Shown here piece by piece: positions 56,888 through 64,000 of a DNA stretch of 64,000 nt. This DNA comes from an uncultured delta proteobacterium. GTDB lineage: Bacteria > Desulfobacterota > Binatia > UBA9968. Under the pieces are notes generated by a model. It saw only the letters and a list, made by a program, of their open reading frames with translations. It made no database searches and was not told the DNA's origin. Made by a program: the position numbers and the translations under genes. The first letter of the stretch is position 1. Each line of letters opens with the position of its first letter. The stretch is from contig CAVYTU010000015.1 in the NCBI GenBank assembly GCA_963771465.1, forward strand, positions 960,001-1,024,000, given 5' to 3'.

Positions 56888-57664
56888 ATGAAAGAACAAT
56901 CCCTCGGCATTTCGCTAATTTCTTCGCTGCTCCTCCATGCTTTGGCCTTGGTCGGGGCCGCCGCATTAGTGCACCACGACAGTTTAACCAAACAAGAATT
57001 TTTCAGCGTAAAGCTAGTTGATATTCAATCATTGAGCGAAACCGCGGCAACGCCCGCTGAGAAGAAATTGCTAGCTATCGCCGAAGCGAAAAGGCCCAAC
57101 GAAATCAAACCTGCGCTGAAAAGCCAGAGTTCCGAACCTGAACCGCCAGCGACTCCCAGCGCCAAAGATGAGACCAAACCCGCCTTGCCGGCCAAGGCTG
57201 AAGCTCCCACGCCGCTCGCTACCGCTCGCGTCGAAGGCGGCGGCAGTGAAGCCGGCACAAGCGCGCTGTTTGGGCGCGGCGACGCTGGACTTCTGCCGGG
57301 CTCAGGCTCGGGTGGCGGTGGCAGCGCAGAAGTAGGATTGGGCCGCGGCTCAGGCGCGCCGGGATTTTCCTCTCAACAGGCAATCCTTAGAACCAACCGT
57401 GAAGCCAAACCGATTCAAACCGCACGCGCGATGTATCCAGCGATGGCGCTCCGCGCCGGCCTCGAAAGCGACGTGACCCTGAGAATCGAAGTCGATCCGC
57501 AAGGAACCGTCATTGAGGCGGAAATCATTAAAAGCGGCGGCGCCGGCTTCGACGACGAAGCGCTCAAAGCAGTAAAGCAATCGCGCTTCGAGCCGGCGCA
57601 AAAAGGTGGACAGACTGTGCCAGCCGAATTTACCTTCGTCTATCGTTTTCGTTTGCAGCGCTGA
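56888..57664 (+). CDS. tonB: TonB energy transducer
   Basis: SLLLH TM, Pro/Gly-rich linker, YPAMA..G.E.DV, FDDEALKAV..RFEPA. Confidence 0.9.
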   Translation: MKEQSLGISLISSLLLHALALVGAAALVHHDSLTKQEFFSVKLVDIQSLSETAATPAEKKLLAIAEAKRPNEIKPALKSQSSEPEPPATPSAKDETKPALPAKAEAPTPLATARVEGGGSEAGTSALFGRGDAGLLPGSGSGGGGSAEVGLGRGSGAPGFSSQQAILRTNREAKPIQTARAMYPAMALRAGLESDVTLRIEVDPQGTVIEAEIIKSGGAGFDDEALKAVKQSRFEPAQKGGQTVPAEFTFVYRFRLQR

Positions 57665-57854
57665 TTGAATCCGCCCAAGTCAGACAAATCCGAAACAGTC
57701 GCTTACTCGCTATTTCAATTTCAATTGCGGAATTCGGGTTAAATGATTCCAAGCTGGAAACGCATGGTAAAGCTCAAATCAATTCCCTTGTCGGGCTGTA
57801 GCGCTTTCGACCGCACCGAATTTATGGTGAAATAGCCGCCAAGGAGATTGTCGC

Positions 57855-58271
57855 ATGAACCATCGCTCACTAACGACCGCAGCCGCGTTGATCCTCGCCC
57901 TACCGTTTTCCGCCGCCGGACAACACGACCACGGCAAAAGCACGACGCCGGCGGCAAAACAATCGACGGCAAAGAAATCGCCGCCGGCGCTCGCACCCGC
58001 CGAAGGCGCGAGTATCAAGATACTCACGCCCACCAAGGGACAAACTTTCAAGGGCGACAAAGTAGAGATTAGTTACAAACTCACCAAGGGTAAACGCGGC
58101 CATCACGCGCACGCCTACATTGACGGCGAGCTCATGGGCATGTTTGAAAGTGACAAAGGCACGCTCAATGGCATTAAGTCCGGTAAGCATGTTTTGGAAT
58201 TGCGCGTGGTCGCCACCGACCACAGCACCGAACTGGACGCCAGCGACAAAGTCGAGTTCACGGTGAAATGA
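57855..58271 (+). CDS. small secreted His-containing Ig-like protein
   Basis: Signal peptide, QHDH N-terminus, GHHAHAYIDG, GKHVLEL..DH. Confidence 0.8.
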   Translation: MNHRSLTTAAALILALPFSAAGQHDHGKSTTPAAKQSTAKKSPPALAPAEGASIKILTPTKGQTFKGDKVEISYKLTKGKRGHHAHAYIDGELMGMFESDKGTLNGIKSGKHVLELRVVATDHSTELDASDKVEFTVK

Positions 58272-58338
58272 ACCCAAAGTCCGTGCTGCCCATAGAGCTT
58301 GCGCTGATGGGTTCGAACGACTAACATCGCAATCCACG

Positions 58339-58734
58339 ATGTACAGCGGCCAACACATATCAAGTTTCATGCGCGGCCTGTCCTTGCACGCCGCCGTCGC
58401 ATTGCTGCTTTTCTTGGTTCTCTCGCCACCCCATCGGGTGCACCATATTTTCGAGCAATTCACTGCGCCGCAATCGATCGGCCTTGCTAACGCAAGCGTT
58501 CACGATCATGGCGACAGCCACCACGAAAATCATTCACCGGTGCCAGCGCCCACTGCGCAGCCAAACGATTGCGCCGTACTCGCTGCAACACAAAACGCCC
58601 ATTCGCTGGCCGCCTGGTCTTTCGATTTGACAGTTTTCACCGCGGCAGTCGAACACACACAAATAAATTCGACCGAATCTGCGTTCTCATTCAACTTCGC
58701 ACCCCGCTCCCAACGCGCGCCGCCGCGCGTCTAA
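58339..58734 (+). CDS. His-rich DUF2946-like exported protein ending in RAPP (candidate arrest peptide)
   Basis: Hydrophobic N-terminal segment, HRVHH, HDHGDSHHENH, DCAVL, C-terminal PRSQRAPPRV*. Confidence 0.8.
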   Translation: MYSGQHISSFMRGLSLHAAVALLLFLVLSPPHRVHHIFEQFTAPQSIGLANASVHDHGDSHHENHSPVPAPTAQPNDCAVLAATQNAHSLAAWSFDLTVFTAAVEHTQINSTESAFSFNFAPRSQRAPPRV

Positions 58735-58870
58735 GCTTTCATTCGCAACTTGCATTCTTAACCCGGGCAAGCCCAGCGCGTTTTTCACTAAACCCGTTGG
58801 GCAACACGCCCGATGAGAAGTTGTTCCAGCGCGTCCAATGCGATGCGATTCCATGCGATGGAGGAAGGCG

Positions 58871-60190
58871 ATGATTGGAAAATTTAGCAGGGTATCACTG
58901 TTTATATTCTCATTGCAGGTTTATGGTTGCACCTCGGAGCTAATTCACCCCGCCACTGCCTCTCGCTCAGCGTCAGTGGAATTCACCGAGGAAGTCCGCC
59001 TCGGCGACAGCGAGCGAAATCCCTCTACACCATTTCTGCGTTACGCCCCCGATGGCCGCTTGTTTGCGGTCTGGACAGAAGAGCATGACAAACCTTGGCC
59101 CAATGGCCGCCCTACGGGTCACCAGCACGGCGGTGACCGCGCCGCATCGCCGCTGCGCAACGCGATGGTTGCCGCATCCGTCGACAGCGGTAAGACGTGG
59201 TCCGTGCCACGGCGTGTCAATAGCGCTGTCGAAGCGGTGCAAGGCGAAGAAAATGGTCCTAAGATCGCCGTCGGCGGCGGCAAGCGCGCTTACATCGTCT
59301 GGTCGATTCCCGGCGAGAAAGGCGACAAGACCCGCGCTAATATTCGCTTCGCCATGGATGACGGCAACGGCGGCTTCACGCCGGCGCAAACTTTGAATGA
59401 AGTCAAAGATGCCGGACGCTTTCCGATTATTGAAATGGCTCCGGACGGCAATCTTTTAATCGCTTGGATCGACCGGCGCGTGGACGGACCCAATCCGCGT
59501 CAGCTCTATCTCATGCGCCTGAATCCAAATGGCCGGGCGATGACGAAAAACTATCAAGTTGGCGAAGGACTTTGCGAGTGCTGCAAGCTGGGCATCACGT
59601 TCGCGGACGGCGGCAAGACGGTCTACATGGTTGACCGTGAGGTGGATGGCAAAAAGATTCGCAATCACGTACTGCGAAAGTCCACCGACGGCGGCACAAC
59701 TTTCAGCACGCCGGTGGAAATCAGCAATGACGGCTGGCAAGTTCCCTCCTGCCCGCATTCCGGTCCAAGTCTCGGCCGCGATAGTCGCGGTCAACTCCAC
59801 GTCAGTTGGTTTACCCTCGGCCGGTCGGAAGAAGAAGCAGGAATTTACTACAGTGTGTCGCGAGACGATGGCAAGAGCTTCTCGCCGCGCCAGCTCGTGC
59901 ACGCCAATAGCGCGCCGGAAACGCTCTACAACAACCTCGTCGTCGGGGACGACGACACGGTCTATTTGGCGTGGAGCAATCTCGATGGCAACAACAAAGC
60001 GCAAATCTATTTTCGCACGCTTGCAGCCGATGGCCGAACGTGGAGCGCGATCCAGCAAGTGAGCAACGCCAATGGGAATGCCAGCCGGCCAAGTCTGGCG
60101 CTACACCGTAACCAGCTCCATATCGCCTGGACTGAAATCGACGGCGAGGATTCGCGAGTGGTGATAAAAAACGCTACGGTCCAGCGATGA
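58871..60190 (+). CDS. BNR/Asp-box (sialidase-like) beta-propeller lipoprotein
   Basis: SVDSGKTWS, STDGGTTFS, SRDDGKSFS Asp-boxes; CECC and CPHSGP motifs. Confidence 0.88.
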   Translation: MIGKFSRVSLFIFSLQVYGCTSELIHPATASRSASVEFTEEVRLGDSERNPSTPFLRYAPDGRLFAVWTEEHDKPWPNGRPTGHQHGGDRAASPLRNAMVAASVDSGKTWSVPRRVNSAVEAVQGEENGPKIAVGGGKRAYIVWSIPGEKGDKTRANIRFAMDDGNGGFTPAQTLNEVKDAGRFPIIEMAPDGNLLIAWIDRRVDGPNPRQLYLMRLNPNGRAMTKNYQVGEGLCECCKLGITFADGGKTVYMVDREVDGKKIRNHVLRKSTDGGTTFSTPVEISNDGWQVPSCPHSGPSLGRDSRGQLHVSWFTLGRSEEEAGIYYSVSRDDGKSFSPRQLVHANSAPETLYNNLVVGDDDTVYLAWSNLDGNNKAQIYFRTLAADGRTWSAIQQVSNANGNASRPSLALHRNQLHIAWTEIDGEDSRVVIKNATVQR

Positions 60191-60732
60191 AGTTATCAAG
60201 AATGCACACTGGCTTATTCGCAGCACTTGTCAGCACCATGCTGACATCGGTGTGCGCATCATTGAGTTCAGCCCAACACTCGCACGAAATTAAGACTAAT
60301 GCCGCGCCTAGCGTAGGTGCGCCGGCCATCGCTTTTGATCTGAAATCTCTCGACGGCAAGTCGGTGGGATTAACAAGCTTCCGCGGCAAACCGTTGGTGC
60401 TCAATTTCTTCGCCAGCTGGTGCGATCCCTGCCGCGACGAGATACCGTTGATCAACGATCTCGCGTCCAAAGCAGCCAAAGACGGCTACAGCGTGCTTGG
60501 CATTGCCGTCGAAGACAGCCGCGCCGCGGTGAGCGAATTCGCCAAAGAAACCAACCTGGTTTTCCCCATCGCTCTGGACCTAAACAGCACTGTCAAACGC
60601 GCCTATCGAATCTTCGGCCCGCCGGCGACGTTTTTCGTCGACGGCCAAGGAATCATTCGCGACGTCGTTCTCGGCCCGATAACACCCGAGCGCGCCAAAG
60701 AAGCGATGAAAAGAGTGGGTGCTGTGCGTTAA
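60187..60732 (+). CDS. TlpA/ResA-like thiol-disulfide oxidoreductase
   Basis: LNFFASWCDPC, PATFFVD; QHSH after the signal peptide; ATGA overlap with the upstream gene. Confidence 0.93.
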   Translation: MKLSRMHTGLFAALVSTMLTSVCASLSSAQHSHEIKTNAAPSVGAPAIAFDLKSLDGKSVGLTSFRGKPLVLNFFASWCDPCRDEIPLINDLASKAAKDGYSVLGIAVEDSRAAVSEFAKETNLVFPIALDLNSTVKRAYRIFGPPATFFVDGQGIIRDVVLGPITPERAKEAMKRVGAVR

Positions 60733-60766
60733 AGTTTGTCTCAAATTTTAATCATTTACCCGAGCC

Positions 60767-61648
60767 ATGATTCGCTACCGAGTTCTTTTTTACAGCCTTT
60801 GCGTGAGCGCCGTTACCATCGCTGCATATCATTTCGGATTTAGTTTCGACTGGCGGACCAACGATGCCACTCAAACGGTTAAGGCGTACTTGCAAAAGAC
60901 TTACGCCCGCGACTTTAAAAATGCGTATCAATACCTATCGATCGCTGATCGACAGTCTCGCGGCGAAGCCAGTTATGTCGAGAGCCAGGATGCGTATAGC
61001 GGATTCGCGCTGGAAGCGGTAACAAAGCTCGCCAGTTTCATGCAAGTCTGGCCGATTGAACAGAGTCGAGACGACGAGCGCCGTCGGATCAAGGTCGGCT
61101 ACCGAGTTCCCGCACCGGCGGATCTTGCCGGTCTGCTATTGAACTGGGATGAAGCACAGCTCAACGCTCTGCCCCGTGATCGGCAGCAGCAAATCCTAGC
61201 CGAGATCGACGCGCGCAGAAAGGATAGCAAGCTGCTTATGATCGAAGGCCAGGAATCCCTTGAACTCAGGAAAGACGGAAAAGCCTGGAAGATTTTTCTC
61301 GATTGGGCGTCAGGAACGACGGTGAAGCTGAAAACCCAACTGCCTAAGTCCGGCGAGCTTGAAGTCCGTTTTGCCCAGACCGAAGTGATCGCCAAAAACG
61401 ACGAGTTGTTCCTGGTAAATTTGGTTATCAAGAACCGCGGTTCTCGCACTGTAACGTTTACCGTCGGTCACTTGATAGACCCAGATGCAATCGCAAACGA
61501 TCTAGAATTGGTTGAATGCGGCCTACTCACTCCCGTCACACTTCAGGCTGGGAGCACACAAGAATTTTCCATGGCGTATCTGCTCGGCAGCGCTGCGCGG
61601 CAAAACTACCGGGAGTTCAGCCTAACCTATGAGTTCAAGCTCAAGTAG
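60767..61648 (+). CDS. membrane-anchored NTF2-like plus Cox11/CtaG-like protein, paralog 1
   Basis: YARDFKNAYQYLS..D, WKIFLDWA; C-terminal KNRGSRTV..GHLIDP..LVECGLL..TL..FSLTYEF. Confidence 0.75.
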   Translation: MIRYRVLFYSLCVSAVTIAAYHFGFSFDWRTNDATQTVKAYLQKTYARDFKNAYQYLSIADRQSRGEASYVESQDAYSGFALEAVTKLASFMQVWPIEQSRDDERRRIKVGYRVPAPADLAGLLLNWDEAQLNALPRDRQQQILAEIDARRKDSKLLMIEGQESLELRKDGKAWKIFLDWASGTTVKLKTQLPKSGELEVRFAQTEVIAKNDELFLVNLVIKNRGSRTVTFTVGHLIDPDAIANDLELVECGLLTPVTLQAGSTQEFSMAYLLGSAARQNYREFSLTYEFKLK

Positions 61649-61760
61649 CGATGTTCTAGCGAGCGGTCATGCTGGTGACCATTAGAAATTTATGGTTAAT
61701 TGCTGAAGTGCCCATGGTTCTTGGCGCGATCCGTCCCCGCGTCACTAAGAGGGCGATCGC

Positions 61761-62711
61761 ATGATGGAAACAATCCGCAACAAGATGCGTTCAGAGGAAT
61801 ATGCCGTGCCGCTAATCGCCGGCCTGAGAACCTGCACGTTACAAGCAGCTATCATTCTCATCGTATCGTTGTTCGGAAACTGCACCATGACCAGCACAGC
61901 TGCGCAGGCGCAAGCCCCGCGCGATCCGGCGCTCGTGCTGCAAACCTACCTGCGCGCTACCTATGCGCGCGATTTCGTTGAAGCGTACCGCATCATCTCG
62001 ACAGCCGACCGCAATGTTCGGGACCTGAACCGATACGTCCAGCAGCGCGGTCCGTTCGCCGGCTTCACCTTGGAAGCGGCAAAAAAGCTCAGCGAGTCGA
62101 TTCAAATCAAATTCATAGAGCGTAAGGACACGCCAAATCGCATGCAGGCGGTTATCAACTACAAAGTTCCCGACCCGAGCAAACTTTCACCCTTGTTGCT
62201 CAATTGGGATGCCCGCCGGCTGAACTCCTTGGTGCCAGATGAGCGCAAAAGAATTCTTGACACCATCGACAAGAAAAAACACGACGGCTCCTTGGAGATG
62301 AGCGAGGGCGAAGAAAAGTTGGAGCTCGTCAGAGAAAATGACGAGTGGCGGATATTTTTGAATTGGGCTGCCGGCGTCAAAATCCCGTTTCGAATGGATC
62401 TGTCAAAGTCGGCTGACTTGGAGGTGAGCCTTTCGAAAAACGAGATTGTCACGCAGCCGGGCGAGTTGTTTGAAATAATCCTGACTATCAAAAATCGAAC
62501 CAACCAACCGATCACCGCGCGCATCGGCCATGTTGTCGAGCCGAATAATCTCGCTGACTATCTGGATTTCGTCCAATGCGGTTTTCTTTTGCCCGTGACT
62601 CTTGGACCAGCCAGTGAAGAGCAATTTTCCGGAACCTATTTGCTTAGAGGCAGCCTTCCCGAAGGCGTGCGCCAGCTCAATCTGACCTACGATTTTCGCC
62701 TGCTGAAATAA
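61761..62711 (+). CDS. NTF2-like plus Cox11/CtaG-like protein, paralog 2 (start uncertain)
   Basis: YARDFVEAYRIIS..D, WRIFLNWA; PGELF..KNRTNQPI..GHVVEP..YLDFVQCGFL..LNLTYDF. Confidence 0.75.
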   Translation: MMETIRNKMRSEEYAVPLIAGLRTCTLQAAIILIVSLFGNCTMTSTAAQAQAPRDPALVLQTYLRATYARDFVEAYRIISTADRNVRDLNRYVQQRGPFAGFTLEAAKKLSESIQIKFIERKDTPNRMQAVINYKVPDPSKLSPLLLNWDARRLNSLVPDERKRILDTIDKKKHDGSLEMSEGEEKLELVRENDEWRIFLNWAAGVKIPFRMDLSKSADLEVSLSKNEIVTQPGELFEIILTIKNRTNQPITARIGHVVEPNNLADYLDFVQCGFLLPVTLGPASEEQFSGTYLLRGSLPEGVRQLNLTYDFRLLK

Positions 62712-62818
62712 AAGCATGATCAGCTTGGCGCCGCTAGCAGCGCAGTTTTTTTTATGTTTAATTGATTCAACGGAAACGTTTTCCATTTTGCGCATTGGAT
62801 GAATGGGGAGGTAATTCT

Positions 62819-63379
62819 ATGATCCGCCGCAAGTTGCTTGTCGTTCTGCTCACACTCGCCGTCGCTAATATCGCCGCGCTGAATGCTTTGCGCGCGCAGG
62901 ACACGATCTCCGAGAACAAAAAAATTGTCCCGTATGTCCCGTCGCCGCAGTTCGTCGTCGATAAGATGATTGAACTCGCCGGTGTTAAGCCCGGAGATTT
63001 AGTCTTTGACCTCGGTTCCGGCGACGGCCGCATCGTTGTCACCGCCGCGAAGAAGGGCGCCAAAGCGGTCGGCTTTGAGATCGATGGCGATCTCGTCGGC
63101 GAATCGCGGGCGAATATAAAGAAAGCCGGCGTCGAAGCGAACGCGGAAATTCGCAACCAAGACATACTCACCGTCGATTTTTCCGACGCCACCGTCGTCA
63201 CCATGTATCTGCTGCCCGACGTCAACTTGCAACTCAAACCGAAACTGCTGAGTCAGTTGAAACCCGGCGCGCGCATCGTTTCCCACTCCTTCGACATGGG
63301 CGACTGGAAGCCCGACAAAGTCGAACGGATCGAAGGACGAACCATTTTTCTTTGGACCATCCCGGCCAAGGGACGTTAA
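62819..63379 (+). CDS. class I SAM-dependent methyltransferase with signal peptide
   Basis: MIRRK plus hydrophobic stretch and ALRA-Q; VPYVPSP, DLGSGDGR, TMYLLP, VSHSFDMGDW. Confidence 0.9.
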   Translation: MIRRKLLVVLLTLAVANIAALNALRAQDTISENKKIVPYVPSPQFVVDKMIELAGVKPGDLVFDLGSGDGRIVVTAAKKGAKAVGFEIDGDLVGESRANIKKAGVEANAEIRNQDILTVDFSDATVVTMYLLPDVNLQLKPKLLSQLKPGARIVSHSFDMGDWKPDKVERIEGRTIFLWTIPAKGR

Positions 63380-63432
63380 AACGTGCGGCGCGTTGAAGCG
63401 ATCGCGCGCCATCCGCGTCAAACCATCTGCCG

Positions 63433-64000
63433 ATGATCAAGAAAATTATTCTTGCGTCACTGAGCTGCCTCCTGCTCACTTTGCCGCTGCTCTATTGGCT
63501 TAACCGGATCGCTGCCTTGCCGCAGCACGAACCGATTCAGACGCTGACTCAGTACGTCCGCTTTCTCTACGCGCGTGACTTTCGCCAGGCCTACCGATTC
63601 ATCTCTGTGGAAGATCAGCGGCTTAAAAAATCGCACGACTACGTGCGCGAACGCCAGCCGTTTACCGGCTTTGCTCTGGATGTGGCGCGCAGGCTCGCCG
63701 GCCTGATCGAAGTCCGACCTTTGTCGAGCGCAGCGGACGGCGAACGCAACCGGCTCACGGTCGCCATGAAACTGCCGGATGCCAACAGTGTTGCTCCCTT
63801 GCTGCATGACTGGGATGACAAACGGCTCAACACTTTGTCGGCGACGGAGCGCAAGCATATTCTAACCACCATCGACAGTTGGGCCGACGCTAAGAAACTG
63901 CCAATGATCGAAGGCAAAGAAAGTTTCGTCATGATCAAAGAAGGTTCCAAGTGGAAAGTCTTTGTCGACTGGGCCGCCGGAGCACAGGTACAGTTTGCGG
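63433..64000 (+). CDS. third paralog of the NTF2-like/Cox11-like family (3' end runs off the window)
   Basis: Not in the ORF track; hand translation MIKKIILASLSCLLLTLPLLYW...LYARDFRQAYRFISVED...FTGFALD...LLHDWD...IEGKE...WKVFVDWAAG. Confidence 0.85.
   Translation, partial: MIKKIILASLSCLLLTLPLLYWLNRIAALPQHEPIQTLTQYVRFLYARDFRQAYRFISVEDQRLKKSHDYVRERQPFTGFALDVARRLAGLIEVRPLSSAADGERNRLTVAMKLPDANSVAPLLHDWDDKRLNTLSATERKHILTTIDSWADAKKLPMIEGKESFVMIKEGSKWKVFVDWAAGAQVQFA

Noticed and set aside
61676-61698. Imperfect inverted repeat TGACCAT-N9-ATGGTTA between Cox11-like paralogs
   Set aside because: Single occurrence, geometry differs from the NikR-like sites

Overview
Bacterial chromosomal window of moderately high GC. 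The gene content (several Bug/TctC-type binding proteins, MmgE/PrpD, amidohydrolase, Rieske oxygenase, NikR, RNase Y) suggests a deltaproteobacterial-grade diderm such as Ca. Binatia; this is an inference that the 16S gene could test. Positions 1-40.6 kb are a mosaic of envelope, phosphate-scavenging, stress and catabolic genes. They include an ECF sigma/anti-sigma pair with divergent GGAATA..GTCTT promoters, four GG-N10-GC (sigma54-type) promoters, an inverted and decayed A-PCP-TE (NRPS-like) locus, and a TIR-TM gene. Positions 40.8-46.3 kb hold a complete minus-strand rRNA operon (16S, tRNA-Ile, tRNA-Ala, 23S, 5S). Positions 46.5-51.6 kb hold the conserved zapB-zapA-6S RNA-5FCL-rny-ymdB-tyrS block. 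The most interesting region is 51.9-64 kb, a NikR-associated metal-handling locus: SCO, cytochrome c, NikR with two candidate operators, TonB-dependent receptor, MFS, TonB, a His-rich DUF2946-like ORF ending in the RAPP ribosome-arrest motif, a BNR propeller, TlpA, a signal-peptide methyltransferase and three paralogous NTF2-like/Cox11-like proteins. In the two complete paralogs the Cox11 CFCF copper motif is replaced by a single Cys plus a conserved His. At least six single-base frameshifts, one in the essential tyrS, point to consensus-sequence errors, so pseudogene calls here need caution. All family assignments come from motif recognition, not database searches.
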